Positions 30,081-40,314 of a DNA stretch of 64,000 nucleotides are shown piece by piece. The translations under genes were made by a program, and so were the position numbers. The notes under the pieces are model-generated. The model was given only the letters and a program-made list of their open reading frames with translations, was not told where the DNA came from and searched no databases. Position 1 is the first letter of the stretch; each line of letters opens with the position of its first letter. The stretch is taken from contig JBEKOM010000001.1 of the NCBI GenBank assembly GCA_049521795.1, positions 416,001-480,000 of the forward strand, read 5' to 3'. This DNA comes from Candidatus Bathyarchaeia archaeon. GTDB lineage: Archaea > Thermoproteota > Bathyarchaeia > Bathyarchaeales > Bathycorpusculaceae.

Positions 30081-31301
30081 TTAGACTTTCTCCATTTTCC
30101 CGTTGAATTCTTTCGCTACGCGATTCCTCACCTTTTCAGCGAACGATGGGCTGGCTTCAAAAATCACGTGCACCGAGTCCGCCGTGTAATCTGCCGCTTT
30201 CACTTCAGCGCTTTTGAAGAGCCAGGCCATGAAGGGCATCGTTTCCTTCGTTACTGGTATCGTGAATGATGCTCTTACATAGTCTTTAAATCCGTTCAGT
30301 ATTTCTTGTTGCAAATGCTCGATGTTTGTTCCGTGCAACGCTGATATTGGCACCAGCGTTTTGGCTCTGTCCCTCAGGTTTTCGATCTTCTGCTGAATGT
30401 CTGCGTTCGGGACCAAGTCGATCTTGTTCAGCACGGTTATCGTTGGTATGCCTCCTGCTCCGATGCGCTCTATCGTCTCCATACATGTTGAAAGTTTCTT
30501 TTCCATAGTGCTCATCGCTTCACTTGCGTCTACGACGACAAGTATGAGGTCAGAGTAGATTGTTTCTTCAAGAGTTGAATGGAAAGCCTCTATGAGTGTT
30601 AACGGCAACCGGTCTATGAAGCCCACAGTGTCTGTCAAAAGGAACTTCTTCTTGGAGAAAGTGACAAGCCTCGTCGTTGTTGAGAGTGTCGTGAACAACG
30701 CTGTGTCCACTGGGACTGTTTCTTTTGCAAGAACGTTGAACAGGGAGCTTTTTCCTGCTTTTGTGTATCCGGCTAGAGAGATTGATGTGAAGCCCAATTC
30801 GGTCCTCCTTTCGCGGTGAAGTAGACGCTTTCCTCTGAACTTCTTCAGTCTTCTTCGTGTAGCATGCACCTCTCTCTTGACGCTTTCATAGTAAACGTCA
30901 ACCTCATAAGCACCCAGCCCCATGAACCCAGGCTGCTCTGCCCTCTTTGCCAACCTTACTCTCTCTTTTGCCTGTGTAAGGTCGTACTGTAGCTTTGCAA
31001 GGTGAATCTGCATCTGTGCCTCGGTCGTTGTAGCTCTTCTTGTAAAGATCTCCAGTATGAGCTGGAAGCGGTCGATGGCCTCGACGTTGGTCGCCTTTGC
31101 CAGGTTGTAGGATTGCAAGGGTCTCAGAAGGTTGTCGAATATGATTTTTTCAGCGCCAGTTTTCTTTACAAGTTCGGCGAGTTCTTCGACCTTTCCAGCG
31201 CCTATCTGGTAACGTGCATCAGGTTCTTTGACCTGCTCCATCCTGCCGACAACCGTGTAGCCTGCCGTTTGTGCCAGGCTGTCAAGCTCATCAAGCGTCA
31301 A
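30081..31301 (-). CDS. hflX: GTPase HflX (true start uncertain)
   Basis: IGAGK, DRFQLILEIF, GYTKAGKS, LFTTL, DTVGFI, AFHSTLEE, NKID and ISA motifs. Confidence 0.93.
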   Translation of the reverse strand: MTLDELDSLAQTAGYTVVGRMEQVKEPDARYQIGAGKVEELAELVKKTGAEKIIFDNLLRPLQSYNLAKATNVEAIDRFQLILEIFTRRATTTEAQMQIHLAKLQYDLTQAKERVRLAKRAEQPGFMGLGAYEVDVYYESVKREVHATRRRLKKFRGKRLLHRERRTELGFTSISLAGYTKAGKSSLFNVLAKETVPVDTALFTTLSTTTRLVTFSKKKFLLTDTVGFIDRLPLTLIEAFHSTLEETIYSDLILVVVDASEAMSTMEKKLSTCMETIERIGAGGIPTITVLNKIDLVPNADIQQKIENLRDRAKTLVPISALHGTNIEHLQQEILNGFKDYVRASFTIPVTKETMPFMAWLFKSAEVKAADYTADSVHVIFEASPSFAEKVRNRVAKEFNGKMEKV

Positions 31302-31327
31302 TGGTTCGGCGCGCTTTCGGCGTTGAA

Positions 31328-31867
31328 CTATGATTGCTCTCGTCCTGCAGCTCCCTCCTTGCCACTGCCTCCTTTCTTAATTTGAATGAGGTCTCCGAGC
31401 GTCAGTTCACGGCTTAGCGCCTTGGGCATCTTCACCTGTGGAACTTTTTCCTCCTTCCTAGGCACTATCAATTTGACCTTAAGAATGTGCTCCAACGCTG
31501 TTGCAAGCTTGTCGTTGGGCGTCATCTTGCCCGTCTCAATCTTCTTGAGGAGCGACACCTTTTCGTTCAATCTCTTCCCCAGTTCTTCATGCGAAAATCC
31601 CAGCTTCTCCCTTGCTTTTCTTATCCTCGTGCCGTAATCTTCCGTCAGTTCCACGCTCGTGTCGACTGGCGGCGCCGACGGCCTAGTTTGAACTCTAAAC
31701 GCGATGGGTGCCGCTCTGGGCTTCGAAAACACTTGTTTCGGTCTGGGCTCCTCGTAGCAGATCTTGCCATGCTTTGCACATTCGCCACACACGGTAAGCC
31801 TTGCCCCTTCGATCATGACGTTGAATGATTTGCCAGGGATCTTGCATCCGCAGACTTCGCATCGCAA
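31328..31867 (-). CDS. mbf1: Archaeal multiprotein bridging factor 1
   Basis: N-terminal CEVCG...VCGEC zinc ribbon, HTH (IRKAREKLG), TLGD. Confidence 0.9.
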   Translation of the reverse strand: MRCEVCGCKIPGKSFNVMIEGARLTVCGECAKHGKICYEEPRPKQVFSKPRAAPIAFRVQTRPSAPPVDTSVELTEDYGTRIRKAREKLGFSHEELGKRLNEKVSLLKKIETGKMTPNDKLATALEHILKVKLIVPRKEEKVPQVKMPKALSRELTLGDLIQIKKGGSGKEGAAGREQS

Positions 31868-31950
31868 CTGGCTACACACCTAGACTGCTTTTATTACAAA
31901 GCGTCGTGTTTATAGTTGTCGAACGGGCTAGCACGAGCTGTCGGTGAGTA

Positions 31951-32424
31951 ATGTTGGAGGATGCTCTAAGGCGAGTAAGGGCTGTTGCAGACTATCAGTT
32001 TGGCAGAGGCGTAGGCGCAGAGCTTTTTCCAGAAGGGGTGAAGATCGTGTTTTCCAGAAGGACGCGAAGAATCCGCTACATCTATCTGGACGGGAAACGG
32101 CTTGCCACTATGCGCCCGACGGATGGCATGCTCTCCCTGAGCATCAGAGGTGCAGGACGGATCGTTGAAGGCGTGGCTTCTGCAAAGTGCTTTGTTAAGA
32201 TTCAAGATGATGTCTCAAAGTTTATTGCCGAAGGTGGCGACGTGTTTGCAGCGCACGTTGTGAAGGCTGATGAGGAGGTCCGCGCGAAAGACGAGGTAGT
32301 CGTGCTCGACAGTAATGAAAAGGTCTTGGCGGTCGGTCGGGCCTTGTTGTCTGGTGAAGAGATGAAGGCTTTCAAGCGCGGTGTCGCTGTCAAGGTTCGA
32401 CGTGGCTGTACGGATGAAGGTTAA
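31951..32424 (+). CDS. PUA-domain RNA-binding protein (archaeosine TGT C-terminal-like)
   Basis: ADYQFG, VFAAHV, DEV and GVAVKVR motifs. Confidence 0.82.
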   Translation: MLEDALRRVRAVADYQFGRGVGAELFPEGVKIVFSRRTRRIRYIYLDGKRLATMRPTDGMLSLSIRGAGRIVEGVASAKCFVKIQDDVSKFIAEGGDVFAAHVVKADEEVRAKDEVVVLDSNEKVLAVGRALLSGEEMKAFKRGVAVKVRRGCTDEG

Positions 32425-32471
32425 GTTTATGAGTTTTGACCTAGTAAAGGTTAGATGGCAAGGGTGATCAT

Positions 32472-32825
32472 GTGCAGAGGCGTGTCAATCCGCGTGAAGC
32501 AAGACGCATGATGCAACGCATGGGCATGAGTATGGATGCGGTTGCGGATGTTGAACAGGTTGTCATAAAAACAAGCGTCAAAGAGATCACTATCGAGGAG
32601 CCTGAAGTTGCGATGCTTGAAGTGCAGGGCCAGAAAATCTTTCAGGTGACAGGCGGCAAGATCACTGAGAAAGCCGCAGAGCGTAAACCCTCGGGAATAG
32701 CTGAGGAAGACGTAAGACTGGTGGCCGACCAGACCGGCAAGAGCCCAGATGAAGCCAGGAGAGCCTTAGAAGAAAGTGGCGGAGACCTAGCCAAAGCAAT
32801 TCTTCTATTACAATCAAAATTCTAG
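32472..32825 (+). CDS. nac: Nascent polypeptide-associated complex protein
   Basis: MMQRMG, FQVTG and a C-terminal UBA-like domain (GDLAKAIL). Confidence 0.92.
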   Translation: MQRRVNPREARRMMQRMGMSMDAVADVEQVVIKTSVKEITIEEPEVAMLEVQGQKIFQVTGGKITEKAAERKPSGIAEEDVRLVADQTGKSPDEARRALEESGGDLAKAILLLQSKF

Positions 32826-32993
32826 CATTTGACCTTTTTACTCAGAAGACTAACTCGCGAGGTTTTGACAAAGCGTAGCGCGGGCACTTGGGCAAGAGTC
32901 TAGCGGCGGAACTAACGGAATGAAAGGGTGGTGAGGTTCCGTTTAGTTTAAGTTTACTTTGGCTCAATATGCTAGGCGAGGTCAGATGCGCGC

Positions 32994-33908
32994 GTGTTCG
33001 ACATTGTTTCTGCAGGGCATTTTGCTGTAGATTCGATTTTCCTGCCTGATCGAAAGAATCCGTTCGTCGTTTTAGGCGGTTCCGTGACTTATGTTTCCCT
33101 TGCTGCGAGGCGCTTGGACGCCAGAGTTTCAGTTATTTCTAAGGTTGGCAGTGACTTTCCAGAAGCTTACAAGTGGTGGCTTGGGCAAGAGGGTGTTGAC
33201 TTATCGAATTTGCTGAGGGTTGAGGAGACGCGGACTACACGTTTTGAACTGAAATACAACAGTGACTTTTCAAACCGTGCCCTGCGGTCAGAGTGCAGAA
33301 TGTCTCCAATCACTGTTGAAGATATATCGAATTCTCTGAGGACCAAAGCTGTTCATATCGGACCTATAGCTGGCGAGGTTGCATACGATGTTGTCGAGAA
33401 GCTGAGAAACTGTGGTGAAATCACCTCCCTTGATCCACAGGGGTTTGTGCGCCGGTTTGACGAGAACGGGAACGTTACCCTTGGACCGCTCGTGGACGAG
33501 CGTGTGTTGGGGCTCATCGACATTTTCAAGTCTTCACTCAACGAACTCTGGGCCGTGACAGGTCTTTCAGAACTTGAACCCGCCGTGAAGGCAATACACG
33601 ATCGTGGCGTCAAGATTGTCATAACCACTTTGGGTGCGAAGGGAGCGGCAGTTTCGGTTGAGGGATCGATCCATGATGTTCCAGCCTACAAACCTGAGAG
33701 GCTTGTTGACCCGACCGGAGCTGGAGACGCCTTCATGGGAGGCTTCTTGGCCGAGTATGTTCGTGGCGAAGATTGTTCTTGGTGTTCATGCGTCGGGGCG
33801 GCGGTTGCTTCGCTTGTTGTTGAATGTATCGGCCCGACATACTTCGGTGACAGAGAAGAAATCATGCGAAGAGCCCGCGTCCTCTATGAAAAGGAAATTA
33901 AGGAATGA
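32994..33908 (+). CDS. PfkB family carbohydrate/nucleoside kinase
   Basis: LGGS, DPQG, TLGAKG and DPTGAGDAF motifs. Confidence 0.88.
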   Translation: MFDIVSAGHFAVDSIFLPDRKNPFVVLGGSVTYVSLAARRLDARVSVISKVGSDFPEAYKWWLGQEGVDLSNLLRVEETRTTRFELKYNSDFSNRALRSECRMSPITVEDISNSLRTKAVHIGPIAGEVAYDVVEKLRNCGEITSLDPQGFVRRFDENGNVTLGPLVDERVLGLIDIFKSSLNELWAVTGLSELEPAVKAIHDRGVKIVITTLGAKGAAVSVEGSIHDVPAYKPERLVDPTGAGDAFMGGFLAEYVRGEDCSWCSCVGAAVASLVVECIGPTYFGDREEIMRRARVLYEKEIKE

Positions 33909-33948
33909 GGTGTACTGTAATTCATCAAAACCATGTACATGAGGGGTA

Positions 33949-34161
33949 ATGTCTTTGGGGCGTGTCGCTAAGGGAGTGAAATGCAGCGTGTCGGGCTGTG
34001 GTCAAGATGCCGTACGTTCGCTTTCAGCTGAAAAGGTCAGGTTCGCAGGCCTGAGGGTTGGTAGCGAAAAGCGCGCCTACCTGTGCAAACAGCACTACAA
34101 AGATTATAAGAAGAAGACAAAGAAAGACAAGCAGCTTGAGCAGTGGCGCTACAAGCCATAG
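33949..34161 (+). CDS. Small basic zinc-binding protein
   Basis: CSVSGC...YLCKQH and a basic tail. Confidence 0.7.
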   Translation: MSLGRVAKGVKCSVSGCGQDAVRSLSAEKVRFAGLRVGSEKRAYLCKQHYKDYKKKTKKDKQLEQWRYKP

Positions 34162-34182
34162 ACTTTGGAGGACAAACATTCA

Positions 34183-36054
34183 ATGCGAATATTGCAGTTG
34201 CATGCGAACTTTATCGCTTACAAGCCTGTTCAGAAAGAGATTGCCATGGCTGAGGAAGCGGAGAAGAAAGAGGCCCGATTAGAAGAACTGATCGTTCTGT
34301 TCACTGCTGTTGAAGAAGGTGACGATGCGAGAGTCGCTCAGAAAGCTATTGACGAAGTTCAGGCTTTTCTCGAAAAACTGGGCGCGAACCGCATTTTGAT
34401 TTATCCTTACGCTCACTTGAGCAGCAGACTTGCTAGGCCGTCAGAAGCGTTGAAAACGGTTCAAGCCATGGAGGCTTATGCGAAGAAGATGGGCATAGAG
34501 ACGTTCCGTGCACCGTTCGGCTGGAACAAGCAGTTCACGGTCTCAGTCAAAGGCCACCCTCTCGCAGAACAGTCTCGAGTGATACTGCCCGCAGAAGCCA
34601 AGGAGAAAAAAGAAGAAGAGAAGGTCTCTGAGGCAGTGAAGGCCGAGGAAAAACTCAGGTCGTCCTGGCACATCCTTCGGCCTGACGGAAAAATGGTGCC
34701 GGTTGAAGAGTTCAATTTCAAAGGGCACGTAGACCTTGAAAAATTCGCAAGGTACGAGATATCAAAGGTGAGAGCCAGCCAGCAGATGCCACCTCATGTG
34801 ACGCTGATGAAAAGGCTGGAGATCGCTGATTACGAGCTTGGAAGCGACCCTGGAAACATCCGCTGGTACCCGAAGGGCCGACTGATCAAGTCTCTGCTCG
34901 AGCAGTTTGTGGGCGCCAAGATGAACAAGTACGGCGCGATGGAAGTGGAGACTCCGGTAATGTACGACTTTCATCATCCAAGCCTAGCGGATTACGTGAA
35001 CCGCTTTCCTGCGAGGCAATACTTGCTGAAATCAGAGGACAAGGAGCTGTTCCTGCGTTTTGCCGCGTGTTTCGGGCAGTTCTTGATGGTTCATGACGCT
35101 CAGTTCTCTTACAAACACATGCCGATGAAGGTCTACGAGTTAACCCGTTACAGCTTCAGGAGAGAAAAAAGCGGAGAGGTCGTGGGTCTCAGACGGCTCA
35201 GGGCTTTCACCATGCCCGACTGTCACGCGTTCTGCACAGACCTGAAACAAGCTAGTAAAGAATTTGTGACACGTTTCAAGATGTGCATGCAAATTCTAGA
35301 CGAGATAGGATTAGACAAGGATGACTACGAAGTGGGGATACGGTTCACCAAAAACTTCTATGAAGAAAACAAGCAGTTCATCACATCCCTGGCGAAGACT
35401 CTCGGCAAACCCGTGTTAGCTGAGATGTGGAGTGAACGTTTCTTCTACTTCGTGCTGAAATGGGACTTTAACTACGTGGACAATCAGAACAAGGCCGCAG
35501 CTCTCTCAACGGACCAGATCGACGTTGAGAACGCCAAACGCTACGACATAAAGTTCGTCGATGAGAAGGGTGAGAAGCAGTATCCGTTGATTCTGCACTG
35601 TTCTCCGAGCGGCGCCATTGAGAGAGACGTGTATGCACTTTTGGAGAAGGCCTACAAAGAACAGAAGAGAGGCAGGCCGCCGATGCTTCCCGTCTGGCTT
35701 TCTCCGACACAGGTTCGGTTGATCCCCATATCCGACAACTTCCTCAAGGACGTGGAGAAAATGGCTGAACAGATGGAAGCTCACCATGTGCGGGTAGACA
35801 TCGATGATCGTGCGCTGACGCTGCAGAAAAGAGTGCGTGAAGCTGAGATGGAGTGGGTTCCCTACATAATCGTTGTAGGCCAGAAAGAACTCGAGTCCGA
35901 TGTGCTTCCGGTTAGGGACCGATCAAGTGGGAAGATGCGCAACTTGAAACTGAAAGAGTTCATGGCGGAGACCGAAAAGATGATCAGCGACAAGCCCTTC
36001 AAACCGTTGCCGTTGCCGAAGTATCTTTCCAAAAGGCCACAGTTCTACGGCTAG
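34183..36054 (+). CDS. thrS: Threonine--tRNA ligase (archaeal type with N-terminal editing domain)
   Basis: MRILQLH, YPYAHLS, LRFAACFG, FRRE, MPDCH and ILHCSPSGAIER motifs. Confidence 0.96.
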   Translation: MRILQLHANFIAYKPVQKEIAMAEEAEKKEARLEELIVLFTAVEEGDDARVAQKAIDEVQAFLEKLGANRILIYPYAHLSSRLARPSEALKTVQAMEAYAKKMGIETFRAPFGWNKQFTVSVKGHPLAEQSRVILPAEAKEKKEEEKVSEAVKAEEKLRSSWHILRPDGKMVPVEEFNFKGHVDLEKFARYEISKVRASQQMPPHVTLMKRLEIADYELGSDPGNIRWYPKGRLIKSLLEQFVGAKMNKYGAMEVETPVMYDFHHPSLADYVNRFPARQYLLKSEDKELFLRFAACFGQFLMVHDAQFSYKHMPMKVYELTRYSFRREKSGEVVGLRRLRAFTMPDCHAFCTDLKQASKEFVTRFKMCMQILDEIGLDKDDYEVGIRFTKNFYEENKQFITSLAKTLGKPVLAEMWSERFFYFVLKWDFNYVDNQNKAAALSTDQIDVENAKRYDIKFVDEKGEKQYPLILHCSPSGAIERDVYALLEKAYKEQKRGRPPMLPVWLSPTQVRLIPISDNFLKDVEKMAEQMEAHHVRVDIDDRALTLQKRVREAEMEWVPYIIVVGQKELESDVLPVRDRSSGKMRNLKLKEFMAETEKMISDKPFKPLPLPKYLSKRPQFYG

Positions 36055-36139
36055 CGATGGCAGAGATCAGCCAGTTCCGTCCAAAAGATATATGAAACCT
36101 TGATTTGATAGACTAACTTCTCATTTCGGGGGCAGACCG

Positions 36140-37021
36140 TTGGAGGATTTGCAGGTTTACATAGACGGGAAATATTATCCGAAGTCGGAAGCGAAGGTGT
36201 CGGTTTTTGACCACGGCCTGCTGTACGGTGACGGCGTTTTCGAGGGTATCCGCGCCTACGACGGCGTAGTCTTCAAGCTGAAGGAGCACATCAACAGGCT
36301 TTACAGCTCAGCTCACATGATAATGCTGTCGATTCCGATGGGCAGAGAAGAGATGATTCAGAAAACGTTGGAAACGTTGCGGAAGAACAAGATGAGAGAC
36401 GCGTACATACGCCTAGTGGTTACAAGGGGGGCGGGCGACCTCGGGTTGAATCCGAAGAACTGCCCAAAACCATCGATAATCATAATCACAGACACGATCT
36501 CCATGCACAAGAATGATGCCAAAGAGAACGGCGTCACTGCAATGATTTCATGGGTCAAAAGAGACCCTGTGGACGCAACATCACACGAGATAAAGTCCCT
36601 CAACTACCTCAACAGCATCATGGCAAAGATCGAGGCCAACATAGCTGGTGTTGACGAGGCAATCTGTCTTGACAAGAACGGGTTTGTCTGTGAAGGTGTA
36701 GCGGAAAACGTGTTCACAGTGAAGAACGGCAAGATACACACGCCGCCTAGTTGCACGGGTGCCTTGCCCGGGATAACAGCGGAATCGGCCAAGACCCTCG
36801 CTAGACAGCTGGGGTACGAAGCATCGGAGAAGAACGTGACCCCTTATGAGCTTTTCAACGCTGATGAAGTTTTCTTCACGGGAACAGCCGTGGAAATCGT
36901 GCCTGTAAGAGAAATAAACGAAAGGTCAATAGGCGACGGAAAGCCCGGTCCGATTACGAGAAGACTGATGGCCGAGTTCGAAAGAATGGTTCACGATCCG
37001 AAGGAAGGAATAACCATCTAA
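36140..37021 (+). CDS. ilvE: Branched-chain amino acid aminotransferase
   Basis: DHGLLYGDGVFEG, YIR, KSLNY, LPGIT and FFTGT motifs. Confidence 0.94.
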   Translation: MEDLQVYIDGKYYPKSEAKVSVFDHGLLYGDGVFEGIRAYDGVVFKLKEHINRLYSSAHMIMLSIPMGREEMIQKTLETLRKNKMRDAYIRLVVTRGAGDLGLNPKNCPKPSIIIITDTISMHKNDAKENGVTAMISWVKRDPVDATSHEIKSLNYLNSIMAKIEANIAGVDEAICLDKNGFVCEGVAENVFTVKNGKIHTPPSCTGALPGITAESAKTLARQLGYEASEKNVTPYELFNADEVFFTGTAVEIVPVREINERSIGDGKPGPITRRLMAEFERMVHDPKEGITI

Positions 37022-37058
37022 CAATGGCATGCTCTTTGTCAGCGCAGGCCCATGCTTT

Positions 37059-38273
37059 TTACTCGTTCTTCTTCATGAAGCCTTCAATTTCGTTAAACGC
37101 TTTTTCAAGAATCTCGATCGGCGGAAGGACAACTCCTCTAACGTGTCCAGCTCCGTACACTGGGTCGAATCCAGATCCGTGAACGAAGAGCACTCCGGTT
37201 TCCCTTAGAAGGTCCAAAACGAACTCCATGTCCGTCTTCCATTTTCTCCCCACTTCATGGATTTTGGGGAAGACGTAGAACGCGGCTTCAGGCTTTGCGC
37301 AACTGATCCCTTCAATTCCGTTCAGCCTCTTCCAAGCGAAGTGGCTTCTTTGCCGAAGTTTTTCAACCGTGGCTTTTATGTGTTCTTGCGGACCGTTTAA
37401 GGCTGCCACTCCGGCTTTCTGGACAGGCGTGTTCGCGCAAAGTCTAATCCTAGCTTCCTTCTCGATGCAGTCTCTCATTTCTTGCAGTTCGCCTCTCTGG
37501 CTGTGAAAGTATAGGTATCCGAGTCTCCAGCCTGTCATCAGGTAAGCCTTTGAAAAACCGTTCAAACCTATGACAGGAACGTCTCCGGCCACGTGAGCTG
37601 TGCTAACAAACTTTTTCTGAAACACTAGCTGGTCGTAGATTTCGTCTGACAAGACTAGGAGGTCGTTTTCACCTGCTAGGTCCACTATTTCCTTAATCAC
37701 CTTCTCTTCGTACAGCGCACCGCAAGGGTTGTTTGGGTTGATGATCACTATTGCACGAGTCTTGGGTGAGATCTTTTTTCTGAGGTCATCGATGTTTGGC
37801 TGCCACCCGTCTTCCTCAACTGTTTCGTATGTTATCGGCTTTCCGCCGAAGACTTTGGCGTACGAGATGTACGGTGGGTAAGTTGGTCCTGGAAGAAGGA
37901 TTTCGTCTCCAGAGTCGATGAGCGCGGCCATAACCATCATGATGCCTTCAGAAATTCCTGATGTGACAATCACGTTTTCGGCCGAGACTTCAACGTCGTT
38001 GACTCTTTTCTCTTTCTGGCTGATCGCCTCTCTGAGTTCTGGCAACCCTTCTGAGGGTGAGTAGAGATTCGCGCCTTCTTCAACCGCCATGATCAAGGCT
38101 TGTTTTATGTGCGGCGGCGTGTCAAAATCGAAAGCGTTTGGGTCTCCTATGTTCAGATAGTAGATTTTCTTGCCTGTTTTCGCAACTTGTTTTGCGTATG
38201 GGATGACGTCGCGAATCGCGTATTCGATTGTCTGGACTCTTTCGGTCGGCTTAATTTTGGTCAAGCTCATCAC
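37059..38273 (-). CDS. Class I/II PLP aminotransferase (alanine aminotransferase-like)
   Basis: YAIRD, LNIGDP, NPNNPCG, SDEIYD and NGFSK...GWRLG motifs. Confidence 0.9.
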   Translation of the reverse strand: MMSLTKIKPTERVQTIEYAIRDVIPYAKQVAKTGKKIYYLNIGDPNAFDFDTPPHIKQALIMAVEEGANLYSPSEGLPELREAISQKEKRVNDVEVSAENVIVTSGISEGIMMVMAALIDSGDEILLPGPTYPPYISYAKVFGGKPITYETVEEDGWQPNIDDLRKKISPKTRAIVIINPNNPCGALYEEKVIKEIVDLAGENDLLVLSDEIYDQLVFQKKFVSTAHVAGDVPVIGLNGFSKAYLMTGWRLGYLYFHSQRGELQEMRDCIEKEARIRLCANTPVQKAGVAALNGPQEHIKATVEKLRQRSHFAWKRLNGIEGISCAKPEAAFYVFPKIHEVGRKWKTDMEFVLDLLRETGVLFVHGSGFDPVYGAGHVRGVVLPPIEILEKAFNEIEGFMKKNE

Positions 38274-38321
38274 GTTTTAGGGCTGAGATTGTTCAGAAAT
38301 GAGATAAAGATTGTGGAGCGG

Positions 38322-39959
38322 CTACCCTACTGTAAATGTTGCAGACGTTTGATATCCGTCCGCAGTCTGTATGGTAATCGTCACATTTTGACCAACGTAC
38401 GGTTCCCATTTCCATGGAAAGAGCATTCCGACGGCTGACCCTATGGAAATCTGTTGTCCCGCACCGCCTGTCGACTGCCAAGTGATCAGCATCGTTCCGT
38501 TCTCGGTCTCGGTGTTCATCTGAGTTACTGTTGCGTTGATTTTGGAAAACTCGCTGTTGTAGACTGTGACGTTCAAGTAAGGGCTTCCGGGTGAGAGATT
38601 GAAGAAAGACGCATTGGTTATTTCGAGGTATGGAAGCATCAGGTTGTAAGTGAGTTGCGATACGCTTGCATTCATAACGTAAGCTGTCACGGTGACGTTT
38701 TGTCCGACGAAGCTTGACCAGTTGAAAACGCAGGTAAGAGTGGATTGCGCGCCCGCAGCTATCAGTGTTGCAGTGGTAGAGGTTTGGTTTTGGTTCAGGT
38801 CAACTCTTGTCACGTTGACTGTGTTAAGCGAATAAGGCATGTTGGTCATGTTTATGAGGAAAAGGCCGGTGTTTTTCAGGTCAAAAACCACGTTGTTTAT
38901 CTTTGCTGCGACTTCCAGGGGTGTTGTGGCAGTCTGGGTCTGAGACACGAACCCTTCTTCGGTGTAGGCGGTTACTGTAACGTCCATGTTACGGTAGCTG
39001 ATGCTTGTCCAGTTCCAGGCACACGCAAAAACGAAGGTTTGATTCTGGTTGATAGCCATGGGGAGAGACGGGTTTGAGAGGTTTCCGCTTATGACGTCCA
39101 TTGTGCTGCCATATGCCAAGGTGATGTTTGTGACGATTACGGACGTGGCAGAGTCTGGGGAGTTGAATAGCGTTATATCAGCTTCATCCGTGTTTGTTTC
39201 GTTAAAGGTGACCTGCGTCACTTGCAGGCTGATCGAGGAAATGTTTTGTGTTATTTGAGCTGTGTATCCTTCCTGCGTTTGAACTGTGACCACGGCTTGT
39301 ACGAGTTCTTGCCAGTTTTCATAACAAGTAAACGTTATAGTCTGGTTTGCGGGGATCACAGTTGGAAGCTTTATGCTCAGGTTTGCGTCAACAGGATTGT
39401 AGTTAAGCAGAACGTCCGACAGGGTCAAGTTGATCGCCGAAGGTTGATTCGTGACGGTCATGTTGAAGTATTCGGCACTCTTGGAAGCGTCAAAACTTGC
39501 GTCAACTCCAAGGCTTACTTGCTGCGTTTGGACAAGAAGCGCAGCCTCAGTGTCATTCGCGGTCAACACGTGCACTGCAATGAGGCTTCCAGCCAAAGAA
39601 CCCCACGCTAACGAGCAGGTGACGGTTTGAGAGGTTCCTCTGGCAACAATGAGTGGAAGTGCTGGCTGAGAGCTCGTAATGCTCGTTGCGTTGAACCCGC
39701 CTGCTGTTACATAAATAGTCGTTATGTTTGCGTCCGCGATTGAATGCGACGGGTTCAAAACTGTCACGTTGAAATGATTTGCGTCGTTAACTGGAAAGTT
39801 AGCGCCTGTCACGATCAGGTCTAGAGTGTTTTCGGGCTCCCGATAGAACGGTGCTATCGTCCACGTGTACGCGATGAGGGCTCCGATTATCGCTGCGAGC
39901 AAGATGAGTAGGATTGCAAAGAGCGTGGAGATCGCCTTCACCTCTTTTTTCATATGCAA
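38322..39959 (-). CDS. Large type-IV-pilin-like surface protein with about 5 repeated beta domains
   Basis: Class III signal peptide-like KA/IS plus a hydrophobic helix; repeated C..(N)W...V.V.T..G units; many N-x-S/T sequons. Confidence 0.7.
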   Translation of the reverse strand: MHMKKEVKAISTLFAILLILLAAIIGALIAYTWTIAPFYREPENTLDLIVTGANFPVNDANHFNVTVLNPSHSIADANITTIYVTAGGFNATSITSSQPALPLIVARGTSQTVTCSLAWGSLAGSLIAVHVLTANDTEAALLVQTQQVSLGVDASFDASKSAEYFNMTVTNQPSAINLTLSDVLLNYNPVDANLSIKLPTVIPANQTITFTCYENWQELVQAVVTVQTQEGYTAQITQNISSISLQVTQVTFNETNTDEADITLFNSPDSATSVIVTNITLAYGSTMDVISGNLSNPSLPMAINQNQTFVFACAWNWTSISYRNMDVTVTAYTEEGFVSQTQTATTPLEVAAKINNVVFDLKNTGLFLINMTNMPYSLNTVNVTRVDLNQNQTSTTATLIAAGAQSTLTCVFNWSSFVGQNVTVTAYVMNASVSQLTYNLMLPYLEITNASFFNLSPGSPYLNVTVYNSEFSKINATVTQMNTETENGTMLITWQSTGGAGQQISIGSAVGMLFPWKWEPYVGQNVTITIQTADGYQTSATFTVG

Positions 39960-40314
39960 GTTTTTCCCTCAGTTCCTAAACGATTGTTGTAAACCATATT
40001 TCTCAGTAGTAAATAAGCATTCTCTAGCTCGCCTTTATCTTCCACTCAACGGCTTGACGCCGTCTCTTGCGTTTTCAAAGCCTGTGCAGGCAACAGGGCT
40101 GTTGTGCAAAACGCGTTCTCGCAGTGTTTCTTTATAGCAGATGCGCAATTCGCGCGAAAGAATCGACAAAGCACTGTACAGGCCGCTATGGGCGCACGGA
40201 ACAAGAAAGGCTTCTCTCGTAGCGAACGCCAATATCTTTCCTGCTTCTAGCCTCACAGCTAAGTTTAAATCTTGTTGACTTCAGATGTTGAGTTTCCCAT
40301 CGGAGGGCTTAGGC

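Noticed and set aside
32910-32948. Hairpin AACTAACGGAA/TTCCGTTTAGTT between nac and pfkB as an ncRNA
   Set aside because: A single stem without box C/D or other family features; not enough to call.
33949-34185. Amber read-through fusing the zinc protein to ThrRS (also neuC TAG-ATG at 4138-4143)
   Set aside because: In-frame adjacency arises by chance one time in three; both downstream genes have their own starts and no pyl genes are in the window.
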